NCBI GenBank assembly: GCA_902764415.1
Contig: CACWVU010000001.1
Coordinates: forward strand, 67,395 to 131,394
DNA length: 64,000 nt
Reading direction: 5' to 3'
DNA from: an uncultured bacterium
Lineage (GTDB): Bacteria > Verrucomicrobiota > Kiritimatiellia > RFP12 > UBA1067
The notes under the pieces: model-generated
What the model was told of the DNA's origin: nothing
The model's database searches: none
Seen by the model: the letters and a program-made list of their open reading frames with translations, nothing else
Program-made: the position numbers and the translations under genes
Shown here: positions 8,992 through 18,869 of the stretch, one piece after another
Layout: the number at the start of each line of letters is the position of its first letter
Position numbering within the stretch: position 1 is the first letter of the stretch

Positions 8992-10794
8992 CTATGCGCC
9001 GGCCGCTTCAGAGCCGGTGCCGCGGATCTTGATGTGGAGCTCGCGGAGCTGCTGCTCGGTCACGTAGTTTGGCGCGCCCATGAGGAGGTCCTGCGCCTTC
9101 TGGTTCATCGGGAAGGCGATCACCTCGCGGATGTTCGGCGTGTCGGTGAGGAGCATGACCATGCGGTCAACGCCGGGGGCGATTCCGCCGTGGGGCGGCG
9201 CTCCGAACTGGAACGCGCGGTGGAGGGCGCCGAACTTCTTGACGACGTCGTCCTTGGTGTAGCCCGCGATCTCGAACGCCTTGTACATCACCTCGACCTG
9301 GTGGTTGCGGATCGCGCCAGAACTGAGCTCGATGCCGTTGCAGACGACGTCGTACTGGTACGCCTCGATGGTGAGCGGGTCCTTGGTGTTCAGCGCCTCG
9401 AGCCCGCCCTGCGGCATCGAGAAGGGGTTGTGCGAGAAGATGATCTTGCCGGTCTCGGGGTCCTTCTCGAAGAACGGGAAGTCGACGATCCAGCAGAACT
9501 TGTAGCAGTTCTTCTCGCGGATGTCGTTCGTCATGTGGTCGGCGATGTCGGTGCGGACGAGGCCGGAGAGGCGGTTGCACTCGTCGACGTCGGCGGCCAT
9601 GAAGAACAGCGCGTCGGTCGGCTCCATGCCGGAGATCTTCTTCATCTCCTCGAGCTGGTCGGCGGAGAGGAACTTCGCGATCGGCCCCTTGAGCTCGCCT
9701 TCCTTGGTCCAGCTGATGTAGCCGAGGCCCTTGCCGCCGTTCTCCTTGACGAACGCCTCGCGCTTGTCGAACCAGGTGCGGGTCTCGACGCCGACGATTC
9801 CCTTGACGAGCAGGCCCTTGACGAGCCCGCCGTTCTTGACGCACGCGGCGAACGCCTTGAAGTCGGCCTTCGCGAAGAAGTCGGACATGTCGATCCACTT
9901 GAGCGGATTCCTGAGGTCCGGCTTGTCCGAGCCGTAGGTCATCATCGCGTCGCGGTACTTGATGCGCGGCCAGGGCGCCTCGTTGCACGCCCAGGTCGAG
10001 AACTTCCTGAACGTCGCGGAGACGACGTCCTCGACGACGGCGAAGATCTCGTCTTGCGTCACGTAGGACATCTCGATGTCCATCTGGTAGAACTCGCCGG
10101 GCGAGCGGTCGGCGCGCGCGGCCTCGTCGCGGAAGCACGGCGCGATCTGGAAGTACTTGTCGAAGCCGGACACCATCAGGAGCTGCTTGAACATCTGCGG
10201 CGCCTGCGGAAGGGCGTAGAACATGCCGCGGTGGATGCGGCTCGGCACCAGGTAGTCGCGCGCGCCCTCGGGCGAGGAGGCGGTGAGGATCGGCGTCTGG
10301 AACTCGTGGAATCCCTTCTCCCACATCTTCTCGCGGAGGAAGCGGATGACGTCGCTCCTGAGGATGATGTTCCTGTGGAGCTTCTCGCGGCGGAGGTCGA
10401 GGAAGCGGTACTGGAGGCGCACGTCCTCGCTCTCGTCGGCCTTCTCGTCCGGGATGTAGAGGGGCGTCACCTGCGAGGCGGACTCCATCACGAGCTCGTT
10501 TGCCTCGATCTCGATCTCGCCGGTCGGAAGCTCGGGGTTGATCGTGTCGGGAGTCCTCAGCTTCACCTCGCCGGTCACGGTGATGACCGACTCGAGGTGC
10601 GCCTTCTCGACGGTGCCGAAGAAGCTGCGGCTCGGGTGGACGACGATCTGCGTGAGGCCGTAGTGGTCGCGGAGGTCGACGAAGAGGATGCCGCCGTGGT
10701 CGCGGAGGCGGAACATCCAGCCGGAGAGCCGGACGGTCTTGCCCGCGTCGGAGGCGCGGAGCTCGTTGCAGGTATGGGTGCGGTACGGATGCAT
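8992..10794 (-). CDS. aspS: Aspartyl-tRNA synthetase (probably non-discriminating)
   Basis: [44 protein letters not shown] and GAPPHGG motifs. Confidence 0.97.
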   Translation of the reverse strand: MHPYRTHTCNELRASDAGKTVRLSGWMFRLRDHGGILFVDLRDHYGLTQIVVHPSRSFFGTVEKAHLESVITVTGEVKLRTPDTINPELPTGEIEIEANELVMESASQVTPLYIPDEKADESEDVRLQYRFLDLRREKLHRNIILRSDVIRFLREKMWEKGFHEFQTPILTASSPEGARDYLVPSRIHRGMFYALPQAPQMFKQLLMVSGFDKYFQIAPCFRDEAARADRSPGEFYQMDIEMSYVTQDEIFAVVEDVVSATFRKFSTWACNEAPWPRIKYRDAMMTYGSDKPDLRNPLKWIDMSDFFAKADFKAFAACVKNGGLVKGLLVKGIVGVETRTWFDKREAFVKENGGKGLGYISWTKEGELKGPIAKFLSADQLEEMKKISGMEPTDALFFMAADVDECNRLSGLVRTDIADHMTNDIREKNCYKFCWIVDFPFFEKDPETGKIIFSHNPFSMPQGGLEALNTKDPLTIEAYQYDVVCNGIELSSGAIRNHQVEVMYKAFEIAGYTKDDVVKKFGALHRAFQFGAPPHGGIAPGVDRMVMLLTDTPNIREVIAFPMNQKAQDLLMGAPNYVTEQQLRELHIKIRGTGSEAAGA

Positions 10795-10832
10795 GATTGG
10801 AATTGTCCTTCCCTTGGGGAATATGGGTGCGT

Positions 10833-10841
10833 ATTATACCA
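10833..10841 (-). promoter_or_regulatory. Extended -10 promoter TGGTATAAT for aspS
   Basis: Reverse complement reads CGAAATTTGGTATAATACGC, upstream of an AAGGGAAGGA SD and the ATG. Confidence 0.7.
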
Positions 10842-10879
10842 AATTTCGCCGCGCGGCGTAACGACTGCGGGATTGTTCG

Positions 10880-10906
10880 ACAGGATTAACAGGATTTACA
10901 GGAGTG
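10880..10906 (+). repeat. 9-mer tandem repeat ACAGGATTA/ACAGGATTT/ACAGGAGTG
   Basis: Three adjacent 9-nt units read directly from the sequence. Confidence 0.7.
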
Positions 10907-10933
10907 TGAGTGTTTATGTGAAGAGTGAGTAAA

Positions 10934-11190
10934 AAACTCCGATGGTTGGGGCTCCCGCTACCGCTCCGCAGCTTCGCCCATGACAACCCCACGTATGATT
11001 CTGCCGAAGCCAGGTTATTTAACTGGGGCTCCGCCCCAGACCCCCTGCGGCGAAGCCGCAGATATAAAACAAGGCATGTGCGGCCGTGGAAGACGAATGT
11101 CAGGCGCGAAGCATCGAGCATTCTGCGGAGCGGGACAGCCGAGCGAAGCGAGACAGCCGAAGGCCGCGAGAGCCACACGGATCGGAGTTT
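10934..11190. mobile_element. Second, inverted copy of the MITE core at 3756-3982
   Basis: AAACTCCGAT...ATCGGAGTTT ends. It shares CCCCAGACCCCCTGCGGCGAAGCCGCAGATAT, GACGAATGTCA and CATTCTGCGGAGCGG with the reverse complement of the first copy. Confidence 0.75.
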
Positions 11191-11235
11191 ATACCCCAGA
11201 TCCCTGAGCCGCGAAATTCCGGGTGACGTGGCGCT

Positions 11236-11265
11236 TTGCGCGTAGAGGGGAAATTATGGTATAAT
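11236..11265 (+). promoter_or_regulatory. Promoter for the greA-like operon
   Basis: TTGCGC-N18-TATAAT with TGn extension; GAGGAGAAGGAG SD follows. Confidence 0.65.
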
Positions 11266-11299
11266 ACACGACATCAATTTTCCAAAAGAGGAGAAGGAG

Positions 11300-13417
11300 A
11301 TGGCAGAAACGGAGACTCTGGCAGAGCAGCTTAAGGGGTGCGTCGAGAAGCGGGATTTCGAGGGCGCGCTCGGTTTGGTGAGGGGAAATCTGGAGGAACT
11401 GAAGAAGAGCCCGCAGTCAGGGGCGGTCAAGGACGCGCTGAAGAAGGCGACCGACGACCGTCTGCTGCAGTCGTACGTCGACGGCGCCGGCTTCGGCGAG
11501 CTGCCGCTCGACGCCGCGCTCGTGAGGCTCGAGAAGCTCATCTCCTTCCAGGTCGGCTCGCTGGTCCTGAACCGCACCTGGGGCGTGGGCAAGGTGAAGA
11601 AGGTCGACTACTTCTACCGCCGCGTCACGGTCGACTTCCCCAGCCGCCGCGGCCACCAGTTCACCTACGCGGCGGCGGCGGACATGCTCGAGAGCGCGCC
11701 CGACGGCCACATCCTGGTGCTGCGCGAGGTCGACCCCGCGGCGTTCGAGTCGCTGCTCAAGGAGAAGCCGGGCGAGTTCGTCAAGCGCGTCATCGAGTCC
11801 AACGGCTCGTCGATGACGCTGGTGCGGCTCGAGGACTACTGCGTCGCCAACGGCTTCGTGAAGGGCGTCAACTGGAAGAAGTTCTGGGACACCGCGCGCG
11901 CGGAGCTGCGCCGCGACAAGTGCGTCGTCATCCCGGCCCGCAAGTCCGACCCGATCCAGGTGACCGGCGCGGCCGAGGACTACGGCGACGTCTGGCTCGA
12001 GGCCTTTTCGCACGAGACCGACCCGAAGGCGATCCTCGCCGCGGTGCGCGAGTACGTGGCGCAGGGCAAGCTCAAGGCGGCGGACGATGCGGTGCGCGCG
12101 AAGATCGAGGACCGGCTGGTGTTCGCGGTGACCGCGGCGCGCAAGGTGGACGACGCGCTCTACGCGCGCCTCGCCTGCACCGTGGCCGAGCTCGGGTTCG
12201 CGCGCCCGACGGCGAAGGAGATGCGCGACTACCTCTGGGAGCGCAGGCGCTACATCAAGGCGGCGGCGGCGCTGCCCTCGCGCGAGGTCGGCGCGATGAT
12301 TTCGTTCCTCGCCTGCGACGACGCGGCGAAGGCGAAGATCTACGCCGCCATCCCGGAGTTCTGCTTCGCGGCGGTGGACGAGATCGTGAAGCGCTTCAGG
12401 GACGACAAGTCCAGGGAGGGCGAGGCCGAGGTCTGGCCTTGCCGCAAGGCCGTCGGCGACTTCATGAAGGAAACCCAGGCGCCGGCGACGCTGACCACGC
12501 TGATCGCCGGGCGGATCGAGCAGTTCGGCGAGTTCGAGTACGCCGACGTCGAGGTCGACGGCAAGAAGATCCGCACGCTCAAGGGCTACAAACTCTGGCC
12601 GGAGCTGCCGCCGATCTCCGCGATCCTCGCCCACGCGATTGCGCTCGGCGAGGGCCGCCGCTCCGGCGAGACGCTCAGGATGCAGAACCTCGTGCGCCGG
12701 CTCTTCGGCGACAAGGCGTGGCTCGAGAAGATGTTCAGACTGCTCGGGATGAACTCGACGGCCGACCAGGTGCTCTTCTTCGAGCGCTTCCAGGCCTCCA
12801 TCGCCTGGGACCCGTCCACCCACCACACGACCGTGGTCAGGATGGCGAAGCTCGTGCCCGAGCTGGAGAAGCACATCGTCAAGGTGGAGAAGAAGCGCGA
12901 GTACGCGCGCCTTACCTCCTACCGCAGCTTCGGCCTCCGGAAGCAGGAGTACCTCAAGCTCATCAACGAGGACATGCCCGAGAACGTCCGCAAGATCGAG
13001 TTCGCCAAGGGCTTCGGCGACCTCTCGGAGAACGCAGAGTACCAGTACGCGAAGGACGAGCAGCGCCAGCTGATGCAGAAGCAGACGCTGATGCAGGCCG
13101 ACCTCGAGGCGGTGAAGCCGTCCGACTTCGCCGACGCCACGACCGACGAGGTGATGCCTGGCGTCACTGTCGTCGCCGACACCAAGGACGGCGAGAAGGT
13201 CTGGCACATCCTCGGCGAGTGGGACAACGACCCCGAGCTCGGCATCCTCTCCTCGAAGACGCGCGTCGCCCAGGGCCTGCTCGGCAAGAAGCCCGGCGAC
13301 GGGTTCGAGCTGCCGGACGCGGACGGCGGCGTCGCCTTCGCGACGATCCGCGAGATCCGCCCGCTGCCGGACTCGGTCCGCGAGTGGATGAAGCTCCCCG
13401 CCGGAGTGCAGATTTAA
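11300..13417 (+). CDS. Long GreA/GreB-family transcription elongation factor with a large N-terminal extension
   Basis: C-terminal Gre domain (FGDLSENAEYQYAKDEQ, ILGEWDNDP, GLLGKKPGD) after roughly 540 aa of N-terminal sequence. Confidence 0.85.
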   Translation: MAETETLAEQLKGCVEKRDFEGALGLVRGNLEELKKSPQSGAVKDALKKATDDRLLQSYVDGAGFGELPLDAALVRLEKLISFQVGSLVLNRTWGVGKVKKVDYFYRRVTVDFPSRRGHQFTYAAAADMLESAPDGHILVLREVDPAAFESLLKEKPGEFVKRVIESNGSSMTLVRLEDYCVANGFVKGVNWKKFWDTARAELRRDKCVVIPARKSDPIQVTGAAEDYGDVWLEAFSHETDPKAILAAVREYVAQGKLKAADDAVRAKIEDRLVFAVTAARKVDDALYARLACTVAELGFARPTAKEMRDYLWERRRYIKAAAALPSREVGAMISFLACDDAAKAKIYAAIPEFCFAAVDEIVKRFRDDKSREGEAEVWPCRKAVGDFMKETQAPATLTTLIAGRIEQFGEFEYADVEVDGKKIRTLKGYKLWPELPPISAILAHAIALGEGRRSGETLRMQNLVRRLFGDKAWLEKMFRLLGMNSTADQVLFFERFQASIAWDPSTHHTTVVRMAKLVPELEKHIVKVEKKREYARLTSYRSFGLRKQEYLKLINEDMPENVRKIEFAKGFGDLSENAEYQYAKDEQRQLMQKQTLMQADLEAVKPSDFADATTDEVMPGVTVVADTKDGEKVWHILGEWDNDPELGILSSKTRVAQGLLGKKPGDGFELPDADGGVAFATIREIRPLPDSVREWMKLPAGVQI

Positions 13418-13453
13418 CCGCAAACCAGGAAATTTCAAAAGGAGGCAGCAGCC

Positions 13454-14152
13454 ATGTCCAGCAAGAAGCCAGCAGCCAAGAAGCCGGTCGCCAAGAAGGC
13501 GGCAGCGAAGAAGCCTGCCGCGAAGAAACCGGCGGCCAAGAAGCCGGAGGACAAGGGCAAGGTCCCGCACCGCGTGCCCCCGCGCATCATCCGGCGCCCG
13601 TCACCGAACGCGCGCGCGCCGGAGGGCGACTACGTGCCGGTAGACACCGCCAAGGCGGTGGCGTTCGGCATGTCGATCGTGCAGCAGATGAAGGCCGAGC
13701 GCAAGGCGGCCGAGATCAAGCGCGAGAAGAAGCTCGAGAAGGAGGCGGTGAAGCTGGCGCGGCGCCCGACCACGCGCGCGCAGGGCAAGTCGACGGCCAA
13801 GTTCCCCGCCGCCGACCTGAAGAGCTTCCGCAAGCAGCTCGTCGAGGCGCGTGAGCGCGCGCTCAACGGCGTCGACGCGATGAAGGCCACCGGCTTCAAC
13901 GAGGCCGAGGACCACGAGGCGGACGGCGGCGACGGCACCAACCAGACCCTGCGCCTGCAGGCGCTCGGCCAGATGGGCTCGATCAAGCGCACCATCCAGC
14001 AGATCGACGAGGCGCTGCACCGCATCGACGAGGGCACATACGGCGTCTGCACCGTGTGCGGCCAGCTCATCCGCAAGCCCCGTCTCCAGAACCAGCCCTT
14101 CGTGCTCACCTGCATGGAGTGCCAGAGCGAGATGGAGCGCGCCGACAAGTGA
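13454..14152 (+). CDS. DksA/TraR C4 zinc-finger protein with a Lys/Ala/Pro-rich N-terminus
   Basis: ALHRIDEGTYGVCTVCG..RL..P....CMEC, preceded by KKPAAKK repeats. Confidence 0.9.
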   Translation: MSSKKPAAKKPVAKKAAAKKPAAKKPAAKKPEDKGKVPHRVPPRIIRRPSPNARAPEGDYVPVDTAKAVAFGMSIVQQMKAERKAAEIKREKKLEKEAVKLARRPTTRAQGKSTAKFPAADLKSFRKQLVEARERALNGVDAMKATGFNEAEDHEADGGDGTNQTLRLQALGQMGSIKRTIQQIDEALHRIDEGTYGVCTVCGQLIRKPRLQNQPFVLTCMECQSEMERADK

Positions 14153-14661
14153 GGCGATTCCTGATCGTCTTCGCCGCCGTCGCCAACCTCGTGCTGGTGG
14201 ACGCGGTTTCCAAGGAGATCGCCGCCGCCCTGCTCAAGGGACGCGCGGCGGTTTCGGTCATACCGGGCCTCTTCAGCCTCGCCTACGTCGAGAACCGCGG
14301 CTGCGCCTGGGGGATGCTCCAGGGCCAGGTCTGGCCGCTCGCCGTCTTCGGCATCGCCGCGCTGGCGCTCCTGGTATGGCGTCGCCGCGACGTCTTCGCC
14401 GCGCCGGAGGGGAGCCCGCGAATGGCGTCGGTCCTCGGCGCCGTCGCCGAGCCGCTCGTCTACGCGGGCATAATCGGCAATGTCATCGACCGCGTCTTCC
14501 GCGGCTATGTGGTCGACATGCTCGACTTCCACTGGGGCACGAGCCACTTTCCGTGCTTCAACTTCGCCGACACCTGCATCTGCGTCGGCGCGGGGATGAT
14601 CGTTCTCGCCTCGCTGCTGACGCCGCGGCGGCGCAAGGAGGAAAAGGAGGCCGCGCCATGA
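14149..14661 (+). CDS. lspA: Lipoprotein signal peptidase II
   Basis: GTG start overlapping the dksA stop (GTGA); ENRGCAWG, GNVIDR, VVDML and FNFAD motifs. Confidence 0.93.
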   Translation: MRRFLIVFAAVANLVLVDAVSKEIAAALLKGRAAVSVIPGLFSLAYVENRGCAWGMLQGQVWPLAVFGIAALALLVWRRRDVFAAPEGSPRMASVLGAVAEPLVYAGIIGNVIDRVFRGYVVDMLDFHWGTSHFPCFNFADTCICVGAGMIVLASLLTPRRRKEEKEAAP

Positions 14662-15245
14662 TCGCGTACATCAGGGGGATCCTCGCCGAGAAGGAGCCGA
14701 CGCGCGCCGTCGTCGAGGCGGGCGGAGTCGGCTACGAGCTCTTCATCCCTCTCTCCACCTATGACCGGCTGCCGCGCCAGGGCGAGGAGGCGAAGCTGCT
14801 CGCCGCGCACGTGGTGAGGGACGACGCGGAGGCGCTCTTCGGCTTCTCGACGGCGGAGGAGCGCGAGATGTTCACGATGCTCGTCTCGGTGAGCGGGGTG
14901 GGGCCGAAGATTGCGCTCTCGATGCTCTCCGGGTCGTCGCTCGGCGACCTCGCGCAGGCGATCGCGGGCGGGGACGTGAAACGGATCTCATCCATCAAGG
15001 GCGTTGGCCGCAAGACTGCCGGCAAGATCTGCGTGGAGCTGAAGGACAAGGTCGGCCAGTTCGCGTTCGCGGCAGGCGGCGCGTCCGGCGGCGCGGCGCC
15101 GATGGCGAACGACGCGGTGATGGCCCTGAGGGCGCTCGGCTTCGCCGAGGACGCGTCGGCGAAGATGGTCGCGGACGTCCTCGCGGCGAATCCGTCCGTC
15201 GACTCCGTCGGCCAGGTGGTGAAGCTCGCGCTCGCAGGCAGGTAG
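14658..15245 (+). CDS. ruvA: Holliday junction branch migration protein RuvA
   Basis: MIAYIRG, GVGYE, VSGVGPKIAL and IKGVGRKTA motifs. Confidence 0.96.
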   Translation: MIAYIRGILAEKEPTRAVVEAGGVGYELFIPLSTYDRLPRQGEEAKLLAAHVVRDDAEALFGFSTAEEREMFTMLVSVSGVGPKIALSMLSGSSLGDLAQAIAGGDVKRISSIKGVGRKTAGKICVELKDKVGQFAFAAGGASGGAAPMANDAVMALRALGFAEDASAKMVADVLAANPSVDSVGQVVKLALAGR

Positions 15246-15282
15246 GAAGAAGATTTACAACCAAACGAAAGGAACAAATACC

Positions 15283-17025
15283 ATGAAGAGAACCATGTTT
15301 GCGCTGGCGCTCGGGCTCTGCCTCGGCGCCGTCGCAGGCGAGCGGATGAAGATCTGGCCCGAGGGCAAGATGCCCCATCCCCAGCCTCACCAGATTGCGG
15401 CGATGACCGACGAGCAGGAGAAGGGGAAGGAGCCCTACCTCGAATGGTTCGACCCGCCGGCCAAGCCCGCCGGCGTCAGCATGATCCTCATCTCCGGCGG
15501 CGCCTACGAGAACTGCTGCGACGTCGACCTCATCCGCCGCTGGAACGAGCTCTTCACCGCGGCCGGCTGTCAGTGCGTCAACTTCGTCTACCGCACCCCG
15601 CGGCCGAAAGGGGCGGAGATCTGGCGCAGCGCCTGGGAGGACGGCCAGCGCGCCGTCAGGGTGGTGCGCAGCGAGGCCGAGAAGCGCGGCTTCAAGGCGG
15701 ACCGCATCGGCACGATTTCGATGTCCGCCGGCTCCCACCTCGCGACGCTGCTCGCGACGAGCTCCCTCACCCCGGCCTACGACCCGGTGGACGAGCTGGA
15801 CGAGCTGCCATGCAATATTAACTGGGCGATCACCGGGGCGATCGCCTACGGCGTCACCGACGGGCTCACCGGCCCCAACGAGCGCAACGGCCAGGCGATC
15901 GACGCGAAGATCGCCCCCTGCTTCAAGTTCGACGCGAAGACCGCGCCGATGTGCATGTTCCACGGCGGCATCGACCTCTACTCGCCGATGGCCTCGACCT
16001 TCGTCTACCGCGAGCTCAGGAAGCGCGGCGTGCCCGCCGAGCTGCACCTCTACGCCGACCGCGACCACGCCTTCTGGGGCTGGAACCCCGGGAAAGACGT
16101 GTCGACCGGCTACGACAACTGGTTCGGCCGCGCGAAGGAGTTCATGGTCCAGATGGGCTTCCTCGGCCCCGTCGCCAAGCCCGAGGCGCTGATGGAGCGC
16201 TACGCCAAGAACTTCCACGACCCGGCGAAGTACGAGAAGACCGAGCTTTGGCCGAAGGGCAGGACGCCGTACTTCCAGGAAGACCAGTGCGTTCCCTACC
16301 TCGAGTGGTACATTCCCTCCAACCTAACCACCAAGGCGATCCAGATCGTCTACTCCGGCGGCGCATACTGGGGCAACGACCCCGACGGCTTCGAGGTCGC
16401 GCCGTTCCGCCGCTACCTGAACGAGAAGGGCATGGCGGTGGTGACGATGAAGTACCGCACTCCGCGTCCGAAGGGGCTCGCCAAGCACACCACCGCGTGG
16501 GCCGACCTGCAGCGCTGCATCAGGCTCGTGCGCGCCGGCGCGTCGTCGCGCGGGCTCGACCCCAACCGCATCGGCATCATGGGCTCGTCGGCCGGCGGCC
16601 ACCTGACGCTGATGGGCGCGACCAGCTCGCGGAGCCGCGCCTACTGGTACGTGGACGAGGTCGACAAGCTCCCCTGCAACGTCCAGTGGGCGGTCGGCAT
16701 CTATCCGGCCTATGGCCTCACCGACGGCACCGACACCAACAACGACACCGGCGGCAACGACGACTCCGCGCGGCTCGTCCCCGAGTTCGCCTTCGACCCC
16801 GACACCTGCCCGATGGTGTTCATCCACGGCGACTCGGACGGCTGGGCGGCGATGAACTCGGTCAAGGCGTGGGAGCAGATGCGCCGCATGGGCGTGCAGA
16901 GCGACCTGCATACGCTCGCGCAGCGCTGGCACTGCTTCCAGCGCGAGGCCTCGCCCGGCACCGGCAGCTGGAGCTGGATGGACCGCATCTGGGAATTCAT
17001 GAACCACAAGCAGATCAACAAGTGA
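15283..17025 (+). CDS. Secreted tandem alpha/beta-hydrolase (two esterase domains; carbohydrate-esterase-like)
   Basis: Signal peptide followed by an internal duplication (PYLEW, SGGAY, YRTPRPKG twice). Nucleophile elbows are SMSAG and GSSAG, each with downstream Asp and His. Confidence 0.8.
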   Translation: MKRTMFALALGLCLGAVAGERMKIWPEGKMPHPQPHQIAAMTDEQEKGKEPYLEWFDPPAKPAGVSMILISGGAYENCCDVDLIRRWNELFTAAGCQCVNFVYRTPRPKGAEIWRSAWEDGQRAVRVVRSEAEKRGFKADRIGTISMSAGSHLATLLATSSLTPAYDPVDELDELPCNINWAITGAIAYGVTDGLTGPNERNGQAIDAKIAPCFKFDAKTAPMCMFHGGIDLYSPMASTFVYRELRKRGVPAELHLYADRDHAFWGWNPGKDVSTGYDNWFGRAKEFMVQMGFLGPVAKPEALMERYAKNFHDPAKYEKTELWPKGRTPYFQEDQCVPYLEWYIPSNLTTKAIQIVYSGGAYWGNDPDGFEVAPFRRYLNEKGMAVVTMKYRTPRPKGLAKHTTAWADLQRCIRLVRAGASSRGLDPNRIGIMGSSAGGHLTLMGATSSRSRAYWYVDEVDKLPCNVQWAVGIYPAYGLTDGTDTNNDTGGNDDSARLVPEFAFDPDTCPMVFIHGDSDGWAAMNSVKAWEQMRRMGVQSDLHTLAQRWHCFQREASPGTGSWSWMDRIWEFMNHKQINK

Positions 17026-17029
17026 CGAT

Positions 17030-18853
17030 ATGAAGAACATCACCGCAGACGAACTGAGGGACCTCTACCTCGGATTCTTCAAGTCCAAGGGCCACGCCGT
17101 CATCCCCGGCGCGTCGGTCATCCCCGAGAACGACCCGACCGTCCTCTTCACCACCGCCGGCATGCACCCGCTCGTCCCCTACCTGATGGGCGCGATGGAG
17201 CATCCGGCCGGGAAGCGCCTCACCGACGTCCAGAAGTGCATCCGCACCGGCGACATCGACGAGGTGGGCGACGCCGCGCATCTCACCTTCTTCGAGATGC
17301 TCGGCAACTGGTCGCTGAACGACTACTTCAAGAAGGAGGCGATCTCCTGGAGCTTCGAGTTCCTCACCGAACACCTCGGATTCAAGCCGGAGCAGCTCAA
17401 CGTCACCGTCTTCCGCGGCGAAGGCAGGGAGGGCGAGGAGGGCTACATCCCGGCGGACGAGGAGGCGGTCGCGATCTGGAAGTCGCTCGGCATCCCCGAG
17501 GAGCGCATCTTCCGCCTGCCGCGCGAGGACAACTGGTGGGGTCCGGCCGGGACGACCGGCCCCTGCGGACCCGACACCGAGATGTTCATCGACACCGGCA
17601 AGGAGAAGTGCGGCCCCGACTGCCGCCCCGGCTGCCACTGCGGGAAGTACATCGAGATCTGGAACGACGTCTTCATGCAGTACAACAAGAACGAGAAGGG
17701 CGAGTTCGTCCCGCTCGGCCGCCACAACGTCGACACCGGCATGGGCGTCGAGCGCACCGTCTGCATGATGAGCGGCGCGCCGACCGTCTACGACACCGAG
17801 ATCTTCGCGCCGATCATGGCGAAGATCGACGAGCTCGCGAACGTGCCGGCGGACATGGACCCGGCCGACGTCCTCAAGGCGCGCCGCGTCATCGCCGACC
17901 ACATGCGCACCGCGACGTTCATCCTCTGCGACCCCAAGGGCGGCGTGAAGCCGGGCAACATCGGCGCGAACTACGTCCTTAGGCGCCTCATCCGCCGCGC
18001 GGTCCGCTTCGCCCGCATGATCGGCATCGCCGAGGGCTTCACGGTGAAGCTCGCGGAGACGATCTGCAACAAGTACAGCCACGTCTACCCCGAGCTCAAG
18101 GCCAACCTGGAGCAGTGCCGCCTCGACCTCGAGGCCGAGGAGAAGCGCTTCAACGCGACGCTGGACAAGGGCGAGGCGATGTACAAGAAGGTCGCCGAGC
18201 AGCTGAAGGCGCACGGCCAGTCGCAGATCAGCGGCAAGACCGCCTTCAAGCTCTACGACACCTTCGGCTTCCCGCTCGAGATGACCGTCGAGATGGCGAC
18301 GAAGGACGGGCTTACCGTCGACAAGGAAGGCTTCGAGGAGGCGAACCGCAAGCACCAGGAGCTCTCCAGGACCACGTCCGCCGGCTCGTTCAAGGCGGGC
18401 CTCCAGGACAACTCCGAGGTGGTGACGCGCATGCACACGGCGACGCACCTCCTCCACGCCGCGCTCCACAAGGTGCTGGGGCCGACCGCGAACCAGAAGG
18501 GATCCAACATCACCGCCGAGCGCCTCCGCTTCGACTTCACCTGGCCCGAGCCGATGACGGCCGAGCAGAAGGCCGAGGTCGAGCGGCTCGTCAACGAGTG
18601 GATCGCCGCGGGCATCGACGTCTCGAAGAAGACCACGACCGTCGAGGAGGCCAAGGCCGAGGGCGCGATGGCGCTCTTCGGCTCGAAGTACGGCGACCAG
18701 GTGACGCTCTACACGATCGGCGACGTCTCGAAGGAGATCTGCTGCGGGCCGCATGTGGCGAACACGAAGGAGCTCGGCGGCTTCAAGATCCTCAAGGAGC
18801 AGTCGAGCTCGGCCGGCGTCAGGCGCATCAAGGCCGTGGTCTCCAACATGTAG
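17030..18853 (+). CDS. alaS: Alanyl-tRNA synthetase, short form
   Basis: DPTVLFTTAGM, QKCIR, HLTFFEMLGNWS, DTGMG.ER, HTATHLLH, LRFDF and AGVRRI motifs. Confidence 0.96.
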   Translation: MKNITADELRDLYLGFFKSKGHAVIPGASVIPENDPTVLFTTAGMHPLVPYLMGAMEHPAGKRLTDVQKCIRTGDIDEVGDAAHLTFFEMLGNWSLNDYFKKEAISWSFEFLTEHLGFKPEQLNVTVFRGEGREGEEGYIPADEEAVAIWKSLGIPEERIFRLPREDNWWGPAGTTGPCGPDTEMFIDTGKEKCGPDCRPGCHCGKYIEIWNDVFMQYNKNEKGEFVPLGRHNVDTGMGVERTVCMMSGAPTVYDTEIFAPIMAKIDELANVPADMDPADVLKARRVIADHMRTATFILCDPKGGVKPGNIGANYVLRRLIRRAVRFARMIGIAEGFTVKLAETICNKYSHVYPELKANLEQCRLDLEAEEKRFNATLDKGEAMYKKVAEQLKAHGQSQISGKTAFKLYDTFGFPLEMTVEMATKDGLTVDKEGFEEANRKHQELSRTTSAGSFKAGLQDNSEVVTRMHTATHLLHAALHKVLGPTANQKGSNITAERLRFDFTWPEPMTAEQKAEVERLVNEWIAAGIDVSKKTTTVEEAKAEGAMALFGSKYGDQVTLYTIGDVSKEICCGPHVANTKELGGFKILKEQSSSAGVRRIKAVVSNM

Positions 18854-18869
18854 CCGCGGCGGAGTGCAA

